Under the pieces are notes generated by a model that was not told the DNA's origin, did not search any database, and saw nothing but the letters and a program-made list of their open reading frames with translations. Shown here piece by piece: positions 34,870-45,017 of a stretch of 45,017 bases of DNA. A program made the position numbers and the translations under genes. The stretch comes from Octopus bimaculoides. Taxonomy: Eukaryota. The DNA is taken from positions 40,493,535 through 40,538,551 of the forward strand of contig NC_068988.1 in assembly GCF_001194135.2 (NCBI RefSeq). The letters run 5' to 3'. Within the stretch, counting starts at the first letter, position 1. Each line of letters begins with the position of its first letter.

Positions 34870-37800
34870 TGGTTTGAAGACTTCGGTCGTGTCTTTTTTG
34901 TTGTTTTTTTTTTTTTTTTTTTTTTTNNNNNNNNNNNNNNNNNNNNNNNNNNNNNNNNNNNNNNNNNNNNNNNNNNNNNNNNNNNNNNNNNNNNNNNNNN
35001 NNNNNNNNNNNNNNNNNNNNNNNNNNNNNNNNNNNNNNNNNNNNNNNNNNNNNNNNNNNNNNNNNNNNNNNNNNNNNNNNNNNNNNNNNNNNNNNNNNNN
35101 NNNNNNNNNNNNNNNNNNNNNNNNNNNNNNNNNNNNNNNNNNNNNNNNNNNNNNNNNNNNNNNNNNNNNNNNNNNNNNNNNNNNNNNNNNNNNNNNNNNN
35201 NNNNNNNNNNNNNNNNNNNNNNNNNNNNNNNNNNNNNNNNNNNNNNNNNNNNNNNNNNNNNNNNNNNNNNNNNNNNNNNNNNNNNNNNNNNNNNNNGAAC
35301 TGAGTTTGTTTTTCGTGCGATGCTCTGCCCGAGCGAAATGTCGGTGGAGATAATAAAAGAAAAATGCTCTCTCGAACTCAGTGATGACCAGCATGTCACC
35401 AAACGCTTTGTGGCAGTCACCGCCGTACAAATGGAAAGTTTGGAGATCCCAGTGGGGGAACTCCAGGAAATGTTTAAAAGAATGAGGGAGGAGGAGGTTG
35501 AGGTAAAAATATCACCTCCCACCAACACAACAGAAGAGATTAAAGAAAAAATCATTTTCAAAACGTTCTGCCCAGAAAACAAATATGATACATATGGAAC
35601 AAAATAAAATTTTTTAAATGCCTGGCACCCAAATGGAAAGATATTAGCTATATAACAAGAGGAAGGAAATTTGGTACAATAAAAGCCAGATTCAAAACAA
35701 CAGAGATGGCCCGCCAGCACACAGTCAGCCCGTTGAAGACAAAAGGAGTGGTGCTTCTGCCAGCTTATATGTGGTGACGCACGTCCCGTGTCAGGATGAT
35801 AGAGGTACCGCCGGAGGTTGATGCCGCGTGGGTGATGGCCGCCCTGTTATTTAACAGGGAAGATAACATTAATATTCTACAAGTAACACGCTCTGACCCC
35901 AAAATTGGCTCAGGCAGAGCATCGCAGCCATCTTTCGAGCGGCACCAGAAGACCTAGAAAGGATTCCCGACAGAATGCTCGTGGGCGAGAACGTGGCCCT
36001 CAAAATTCATGTGGAGAGCAAAAAGCCCAGATGTTTTAAGAGTGGTCGAAAAGGCCACATAAGGGCTGACTGAGACGCGTGAAAAAGAGGAAGATAATGT
36101 AAAGGCACACACTTCTGTGAATAAACATACACCTGACCCCTCACAAACCCCAAAAAACTCCTCCCAAACACACACACACACACACACACATACACACACA
36201 CACACACACACCAGTGCCTACACTAGCAAAGACAATCGCTTCCCCAACTGTGGTGCCCACACAAGTCCCCAAACAAGTATTCCGAAAGACCCCAAAACAA
36301 GCACAGACCAGTCCAGACAACAACAAAACTACCCACTCCGATCAAATTCGACGGCACCTGATAGTAAAAGTGCAACTACGCTAGATGCCACCATAGAGGC
36401 GGTCGAGGAGGAGTACACTATTGTAAGATGCCCGACCAAACGAACGTTGACACAATCCCCGTCCACATACCCCCAAAAACTGAAAATACAAATGAAACAT
36501 GAAAAAAAAAAACCGCCCAACCGTCCAGAAAATCCAGCCGAAAGACGAATTTTGGTCGAGTTCAACCCAAAGGACAAATACACAAATGAAGTGATAGCGC
36601 CACACCACGCTAAAATATTATATCCAATGCAAAAGGACTATCCTAGACAATGTACCTGGATAGGCGAAATATTATTTAAATAGCTGAAGGAGAGACATCC
36701 AAAAGCTAGGTTAAAAGACATTACAAAATACCTCAGGAAAGAGGAATAAAGAGGGCCCCCTCACGAGATGTGAGGTTTGTCCCCACATCGCCAATGAAAA
36801 GTAAGCAGAACTTTTACTTTTGCTTTAAAATGTCAACTCTTCACCTTGTTTGTTTAAATGTGCGTGGTCTGAGCTGGAAGTGGAAGCAAGCATGTTTTCT
36901 CGATGACATCAGATCACATAATATACATGTGATGGTTGGTACAGAGACCAAGCTGAATAGGCTATTAACCTTCTCGGCTCTCTTGAATGGCTATGAGAAA
37001 ATCATGTCTCCTGGCCAGACAGGAGGTCGAGGGGTGTAGTAGTCCTGGTCCGAAAAGCCTGGCTCTGCAGACAAGTACAGTCTTTGTGGAACCTGAAGGC
37101 GAGCTGGTCGTCCTTGACGTAACATACAATAACAAGGCCTTCAGGAGGATCAATATTTACGCGCCTTGTGCAAGAAGGCAGCAAGCTGATTTCTATCGGC
37201 GCCAAGAAATCTTTCTTGTGATGTCCAAAACATTCGTTGTGTTAGGAGATTACAAGGCTATCCTGGGTGCTACGATGACAATAAAATGATTAAGTGTAGG
37301 TTGAACATAGATAGTACCCATAGACAGGGATCCAGCTACTGGAAGCTGAACAAGTCTATTTTGGCTTGTGAGGTATACCGTAACCGGATTAAGGAGTTAG
37401 TGAAAAAGACATTTACCGGCACCGTGATGAACAACTGGTGATGATTTGCCCTTTAAAATCCATACGTTTTGTGTCTATTAGATTTAGCCGTCAGCTAAGT
37501 TTAGATAAGGCTACAATAGAAGGGAACTTACTTAAGGTTTTATAAAAGGCATTGTGATTGGGGTTTCCACCCTAAGATGTCGGCGCGAACGGCCTTCGAC
37601 TCCACTTCAAAGATAAAACATGAGAGATGCAGGGTTCGGGCTAAAGTAAGTGCGTTGGGCTGTGAGAGAATTAATGTTGCCGGATGGGCCCGAATAGTAG
37701 AGACCCAACGTGGCAACGATGCCATAATCAGGTCTTTGATTGAAGAAAATTGACGTTTGGTCAGAGGAAAGGATGAGATGTGAGAAGCACTTTACAAGCA

Positions 37801-40181
37801 CTTCGCCTAGTTGTTCGGGACGAGCGGAATGCTAGACCATGGAGAAGCCCTACGGGACTTCCTACCTGAGTGCTCTGGGGAATCGATCATAGTTGCGGAG
37901 GTGATCGAGGCGCTATTCGAGTACTCCGGGGACAAGCCACCGTGTCTTGATGGTCTAACCTATGAGTTTTGCAAAAGTATGCCAGACTTTTAGGGGCACC
38001 TGCTGGCCAGCGTCTACTCCAACTGGCAGCAGAATGGGAGAATTCCCAGATATGTGACCCGGCGGTGGTGATGTTGATCAAAAAGTACCTGAGCAAGGAG
38101 GGGATATCATAAGTAATTTTTGGCCCATAACTCAGCTAACACAGAGTTAAAGATTTTGGCCAAGGTGTTGGCAAAAGGTTGGCGCCTGTCGTAGACAGAC
38201 TTGTAGGGGAGGTGAAAACTTGCGCTATCTTGGGCAGGTCAATTCACAACAATCTCCATCTTACACGCTACTCCTTAGAGAATGTTGGGAAAATTTCTGG
38301 CAAAGACAGGGCATTGGTACATTTGGACTATTGTAAAACATTTTATAGGGTCGACCATCGGTACTTGGCACGGTCCTCGGGCAGGCTGGTTTGGGCCCGA
38401 CTCTCAGCGGTTGGATTGCTGCTTTGTACAGTGACATAGAATCTATCGTCCGAGTGAAAAGTTTTCTTTTCAAAGCCGTTCAAGAATGAACGCTTTGTAC
38501 GCCAGGGATGTCTCCTGTCACTGCTTTTGTATGTTTTGGCCGTTAAGGGACGTGCCGCATGATCTGTGGTGTGGAAGAGGAGCTACTGCGTATGCAGATG
38601 ACATCTCCATCATTGTGTTCGAAGAAGGGCAGTTTCCTTACGTGGAAAACCCCATCAAAGGATACGAGACGGTGGAAAGAGCAAAGATTAACCAGGACGA
38701 GTCGGTCGGCTTGCACCTCGGCACCTGGAGGGGCAAGTCAATGTCGTCCAATAACGTTGTGGGGCGTTGGATGGATGTTCTGGTTAAGTTGCTAGGGGTC
38801 TGGTTCGGTCAGACCTCCAGTTAGAGGAGAATTGGAGTGAGGTCACGGGCAAGGTGACTGCCATAACACAGACCTGGTCTGGACGGGCGTTATTGCTGGG
38901 GAGGACGGAGGAGGTACAGATGTTCATAGCATCAGTCATCACCTACCACTTGGCCGTTGTGCCCTGCCTCGATTGGTGGCTGAACAAGTTGGAAAGAATC
39001 CTTTTCCGCTTTTTGTGGAAGGGAGGAAAACCACTTGTGAAGCGTTGTGTCTGCTGCAAAAATCCGACAACGAGTGGGCTAGCGATGCCTTGGCTGAAGA
39101 TGCGAAAATTTGCGTTATGGTTGAAGTACCTGTGGCTTTACCTGGATGGGGAGCAGGTGTGATCACCGTACTTAGGGTTCTACCTTCCACAGTTGACGTC
39201 CTTAATGGATATTGGGCCATGAATCAAACAAAGACCTAGGCTGAGGCATTAGCAATTGGAATGTCGTCAGGCACTCCAACTACTCTCTCGGGCGGGCAAA
39301 ACCGGCAACAAGAGTTTCACTGCGGATTTCTATAGCGGGTTAGTGGAATTTATGTCAGATGATGTCCTGGGGGAGATCTTGGGCTTCTATGGAAATCAGT
39401 TGATCAACCTTTTCAGGAGAACTTTCTGGCCGGGTTATCTGGACAATTACCAGAAATCCCTGGCTTTTCAGTGCTACCGTTCGGATTTGCCTGTTCGCGA
39501 CAAGCTGTCAAGGCACGGAAGGGCCGTCTCGCCGACATGCCCGAGGTGCGGGCAGGACACAGTAACCGTCTTGCACGCCTTCGTGGATTGTCCGGAATTA
39601 ACGGGACTGATAGCGTTAGTCGAGCAACTGTTGTCAACGATGGGAAAAGAGTACAGCTGTCGGCTGAGTCAATTATCAAGACTGTGCCGTCTCCTTCCCT
39701 TAGCAGGGAAAGGAAGGCTTGTCTTTTTCTGCGTAGTAGTCATACTGAAAGAAACAGTATGGAACACGCGTGTAAGATGTATATTCACAGGTAACTTCGT
39801 CTCCGGCAAGGGGTTGGTTAACTTCTTTAGCTACGACCTCGATAGTAAGATCAGGCTGGAGAAGAGATACCTGTCACAAGATATGTTTGCGAAAAGATAG
39901 AAGCAAGTAGTGAACAAGCTGTGAATGACGGGTACCAGATAAGTAGGGCCAGAAGGAGAAGTAACTGTTGGGACCTAGCGGTCATATGCCTTTCCTTCAG
40001 TCACACATTTCAAAATTTGCAATTGAAATATTTAAAAAAAAGAGTTTTTAGCAGCATATTTATATTTTATCATTCAAAGTCTTTTCATTCGTAATAAGCA
40101 ACTTCTTCACCTCTATGTTTGTCTATCCTAGCTTGTCTCATCTAAGTTCGGCTTCCATGGCCAATTTATGAAATAAAGAAG
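34870..40181 (+). mobile_element. Tx1-like LINE C: near full-length but inactivated (ORF1, AP endonuclease, RT, C-terminal zinc finger)
   Basis: ORF1 from ~35320 with decayed knuckle CFKSGRKGHIRAD* (from 36032). ORF2 ATG at 36830 (MSTLHLVCLNVRGL..GTETKL), YWKLNKS, LDGLTYEF, YADD at 38591-38602, KLLGVWFG, CPRCGQDTVTVLHAFVDCP. Many stops and frameshifts. Confidence 0.9.
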
Positions 40182-40310
40182 CATGCTTCCTAATCACATG
40201 GTTCCGGGTTCAGTCTCACTTAGAAAAAATGTCTTCTATTATATAGCCTCAAGCTGACCAAAGCCTTTTGAGTGGATTTGGAAGACGGAAACTGAAAGAA
40301 GCCTGTCATA
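40176..40310 (+). mobile_element. Target-site copy and body (B box onward) of the LINE-split SINE
   Basis: AAGAAGCATGCTTCC-TAATCACATGGTTCCGGGTTCAGTC...GACGGAAACTGAAAGAAGCC, colinear with ~28755-28900. Confidence 0.8.
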
Positions 40311-40780
40311 TATATGTGTATATGTATATGTATAACCGGCCGAAACTGCTGAGAAAATCTGGAACTCGACTGAAAACAGAAAACTCCGAATGACTTCCTT
40401 GTTTGATCCTTTTCTTTTTTGTATCGTCTAATTGTCTTGATTTTTGTTGTCCCCTGTTACGTTCTTGTTCCATATTTTGTTTTCTTCTTTATATATACAT
40501 ACGTATATATGTGTATGTATATATGTATATATACCTACAATTGTATGCGACTGTAGCTCTACATACGTATAGGATTTATGGCCGTCTATGAGATGGGTGT
40601 AAGCATGCATGGGAGTAAATATTGTGTGTGCAGCTGGGTAAATGTATGTGCATGTATGTGTCTATGTGTGACCGCGCGCACGCCAAGCATTTGTACACGC
40701 GTGCAGGCCTGCGTATAAATGTCTTATGGTATATGTACACACACACACACACACACGCACACACACACACACACACACAT

Positions 40781-40819
<39 letters not shown>

Positions 40820-41429
40820 AATATATACATACATACACGACTTTGTGATGATACGTGCGCGCATGTACAGACGTGGGCGTCCATGTACCCGTGTATAAGT
40901 AGATGTATCTATCTATATGTGCGTGTGTGAGAGCATAGGAGTGTACCTTAATGTATGTGTGTGTGCATTCATGTGTGTGTATGTGTGTGAGTGTGTGTGT
41001 GAGTGTATGTGTGTGTGTGTCTGCCTGTGCTTGGGTTTAATCGTTCGCAGCCATAAGGTCAAAGGACCTGAATGTGACCATGGTGTCATGATTGACTACC
41101 ATAGCCACTAGAAGTCGAAGTCTTGCACACAGTAGGCAGCCCATTCTCATGCGCCTCCTTTTACACTACATTCTTTATATCTTCTTATTTTAATTTTTTA
41201 ATTTTTATTTTTTTACTTTTCACAATAACATCAAGACCACAAGTATTAATACTCCCACTCGATTCATATTCAAAGATTTTTGTTTCTGTTCTTGTCTTTT
41301 CTTCTTAAACAGACCCCACTCACTTGCACAAATGCAGCCGTACTGCTAGAATCTCTCGATACCGCCATTTACCCTGGGGCGAAATACAAATATAAATCTG
41401 TGAAATCGTAAGCATATTCTTTTCTACTT

Positions 41430-41560
41430 TAGGCACAAGGCCAGAATTTGGGGGGAGGCGGTCATTTGCTTAGATCGACACCAGTACACAACCGGTACTT
41501 AATTTATCAATGCTGAAAGGATGAAAGGCCAAGTCGACCTCGGCAGAATTTTAACTCAGA
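41430..41560 (-). mobile_element. Partial SINE (2145-2362 family)
   Basis: Reverse complement of the GTCGACTTGGCCTTTCATCCTTTC domain. Confidence 0.65.
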
Positions 41561-41928
41561 ATGTGTATGTGTGTGTGTCTGTGTGTGTCTGTGTGTGTCT
41601 GTATGTATGCATGTGCGTGTGCATATATATNNNNNNNNNNNNNNNNNNNNNNNNNNNNNNNNNNNNNNNNNNNNNNNNNNNNNNNNNNNNNNNNNNNNNN
41701 NNNNNNNNNNNNNNNNNNNNNNNNNNNNNNNNNNNNNNNNNNNNNNNNNNNNNNNNNNNNNNNNNNNNNNNNNNNNNNNNNNNNNNNNNNNNNNNNNNNN
41801 NNNNNNNNNNNNNNNNNNNNNNNNNNNNNNNNNNNNNNNNNNNNNNNNNNNNNNNNNNNNNNNNNNNNNNNNNNNNNNNNNNNNNNNNNNNNNNNNNNNN
41901 NNNNNNNNNNNNNNNNNNNNNNNNNNNN

Positions 41929-41971
<43 letters not shown>

Positions 41972-42879
41972 TGTGTGTGTGTGCGTGAGTGCGTTGGACA
42001 TCGCGATTATCTGTAAATAGAGAATTAAAAATAAATAATATATATACCGTATGCATTGTAGTCACAATCATGTGCATTCCGGAACGAGACAGTACCATCT
42101 ACATACCCCGATTCTTATGTCAATACACGCATGCACGTGCGTTCTAGAAATGCAGGAACACACACAAGCACATGAAGAAACACAAATATGTGAGCATATA
42201 TATAGAGAGAGAAAGTTCTGAGGATTCAGGAGCTGATCTATATGCACTGTCATGTATATGTCCTAAATTCAGGAAATGAGGTAATGCACACACAGTCGTT
42301 GTTGAGAATAAAGTTTTAATGTTTTACATAGATCCCAGTAATCAGGATCGATAATTAATTTTATTTGTTTAGTGATTGATGGAAGAGTGACTCAATTCTC
42401 CTACTGGTTTGTGTTATGTAGTGAGATCCCACGGAGGTGTGCCGTACAAAGCAGTAGAAAAAATGAATCTGGTTCTCTAGACCAGAAAGTTTTGAGGATC
42501 ATCTGCATCCACTATCAAATTATTGCTGATATGAGCGCTAGAAGTGAGGTGTGATGATCTAAAATCAGCACTAGTGTTGTAAATTTATTTCAAGAATTTC
42601 TTGATGCATTGATGAACAGCCAACGGCGTTGGGGAGTATAAAGATTAAAGATCTAGTTGAAAAAGCTTTAGCTGACATGGACGAATGGAAGTCATCTGAA
42701 TATTAGGAAAATATTGCCTGTATCATGACGTGACATGGACTGCTGCAACGGTAACTACGAAACCATGGCTAGCAAGGTTTTGGGTGTGTTTTCAGACAGT
42801 GTAAAATAAATCCACACCACATCTTTGAATAGGAATATAGACTAAATTCAGATGGCTAAGTGAGGCTGCTGGAGACTCT

Positions 42880-43235
42880 AGCAAATCCCAACTTGGAAGA
42901 GTTGCTGCAAGAAGACCATTTGTTTGGCAGCAGGATTCGGTTCCTCGCCTTACCTCCAGAAAATTTCAGAAGCGGTTGTCGGAGAATTTCTACAATTTTA
43001 CCAACCCCGATTTCTGGCTTTCTGCTTCCCCAGATTCTCATCCCATGAATTACTACGTGTGGCGAACTGTTGACAAAGACACCAGCCGCTTTTCCTGAAA
43101 CTCCATGGCCGAGCTGGGGGCCAAGATTAAGTGCGTGTTCGAAGATCATCCCAGGAAGACCGTAAAGAACGCAAGCCTTGGATCCGGGATTGCATTGAGA
43201 CCTTGTGAGGAAGCACAAGGTAGCTACTTTGAGTT
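42880..43235 (+). mobile_element. Tc1/mariner-superfamily transposase C-terminal remnant with DD37D (maT-like) spacing
   Basis: A frame not in the ORF track reads PFVWQQDSVP...FWLSASPDSHPMNYYVW. There are 37 residues between the QQD Asp and the position of the third catalytic Asp, which is Asn here. Confidence 0.8.
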
Positions 43236-43284
43236 AACTGCTATCTCTAAGCCATAATCTAGTTGATATTTTTTAGTGCTTTTT

Positions 43285-43320
<36 letters not shown>

Positions 43321-43335
43321 ATATTTGTATGTGTA

Positions 43336-43420
<85 letters not shown>

Positions 43421-43892
43421 GGAGGTTTAGTTCACAAGTGATCTAAACGACTAGGTACGCTAGTTAAGTGCTACGACTCTATAGCCGAGACGGTAGTTAT
43501 GGAGCCATTGAAGATTTCCGATATAGCAGATATATTATTGTTAAAGAGGACAACAAACGTTAAAGCAAGGACATTAATCTACATGGATTTACACAGGATT
43601 GCACCTAAGGACTTACGGAATTACTTCTATACGATCGGAAATTTGAACTATGGACTTTCATGCCTCTTTTTCTGCCCTGTATTCATCTCTTCATTCCTTC
43701 TCTTCTGTCCACTATGTCGTTATTTCATTAATCTCTACTCTTTTCATTTTCCCTATTTGTCTCCGATGATGGAATATCACATACTCTGGGATATCATAGA
43801 AACAGTTGTAAGACTTAATTCTTTTCAATAATAATAGTGTATATGACTTGAGATGTTTGCCTTGCCTTCACGTTTTTGTCCTTTTTAACAAT

Positions 43893-43941
<49 letters not shown>

Positions 43942-44242
43942 ATATATTTTTTTTATACCAAAAATTAGGCAAAAGAATATAGTATCTGTCANNNNNNNNN
44001 NNNNNNNNNNNNNNNNNNNNNNNNNNNNNNNNNNNNNNNNNNNNNNNNNNNNNNNNNNNNNNNNNNNNNNNNNNNNNNNNNNNNNNNNNNNNNNNNNNNN
44101 NNNNNNNNNNNNNNNNNNNNNNNNNNNNNNNNNNNNNNNNNNNNNNNNNNNNNNNNNNNNNNNNNNNNNNNNNNNNNNNNNNNNNNNNNNNNNNNNNNNN
44201 NNNNNNNNNNNNNNNNNNNNNNNNNNNNNNNNNNNNNNNNNN

Positions 44243-44280
<38 letters not shown>

Positions 44281-44789
44281 CTTTAAAGAGAGCTGAAAAC
44301 TGATCCATTGAAAATACTTTATCATAATAATAATAATAATAATGAAAATGACCTATGAACATTTCGATGCAATATCCAGAACAATTCATGCATATTATAA
44401 AATATTATAAAATATTATAAAATATGGGATACCACATCTCATCGGGGCCTTATAGTATTAGTAATATGCAGACAATAAAAATAGAAAACATTCAAATACA
44501 ATTTTCATAGTTGACCCATGAAAACATGGAAAACAGGATAGCTAAATAGTATATGGGATTGCTAATAGGGGCATCTAAACTACTTAGTATATGCCATTAA
44601 ACCTGTGACAACCCTGTAACCACTAAAATTATTATATTTAAAAAAATTTCCTATAAACAAGAAGAGACCAATAATGGATAATTAATCAATATGCATAAAA
44701 GAAAAAAGGTTATAAGATGCAAAAAATGTTGAATAGACATACACTCAATTAGCACCCAAATAATCTAGTCTCAATACACCAAAATTTTC

Positions 44790-44847
44790 AACATATATAC
44801 ACACATATATACATACATATACATACACATACATATATATATATACA

Positions 44848-44885
<38 letters not shown>

Positions 44886-44983
44886 CATATACACACATAC
44901 ACATATACACACATAAATACACACATACATACATCCCTACATAAATATATACATATACATACATATATACATATATATACACA

Positions 44984-45017
<34 letters not shown>
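44790..45017. repeat. Compound (CA)/(TA) microsatellite, one of many in the window (e.g. ~125-190, 2803-2930, 19205-19280, 28899-28950, 40740-40830, 43285-43400)
   Basis: Read directly from the sequence. Confidence 0.95.

Noticed and set aside
29524-40190. Reading 29524-29538 and 40176-40190 as the TSD of one 10.6-kb insertion that captured paralogue 3
   Set aside because: A second SINE head at 33131 and a third target copy at 34856 are better explained by separate insertions at the same target. The gene is antisense and contains an intron, so it does not look retro-transduced.

Overview
Repeat-dense, gap-containing animal genomic DNA. The SINE/LINE families and the microsatellite load suggest an octopod cephalopod (inference). 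The only host-gene signal I can support is a minus-strand tandem cluster of three galaxin-like paralogues built from Cys-Cys repeats. Two have intact terminal coding exons (14803-15317 and 32223-32761): 20 Cys each, about 51% identical by manual ungapped alignment, and each with AATAAA exactly 19 nt after the stop. The third (~309-505) is a decayed copy cut by a LINE. The signal-peptide exons were not identified with confidence. The rest is transposon debris: at least six Tx1/L1-like LINE pieces, R4/Dong-like elements in (TAA)n tracts, an RTE-like LINE, Penelope-like fragments, a Helitron remnant, mariner and maT remnants, MITEs and several tRNA-derived SINE families. The most unusual structure is a Tx1-like LINE family that appears to insert at one site inside a tRNA-derived SINE. 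One SINE is split by two head-to-tail LINEs with the ~15-bp target repeated at two of its three junctions (33131-40310), and a third LINE starts at the same site in another SINE copy (29507-29538).
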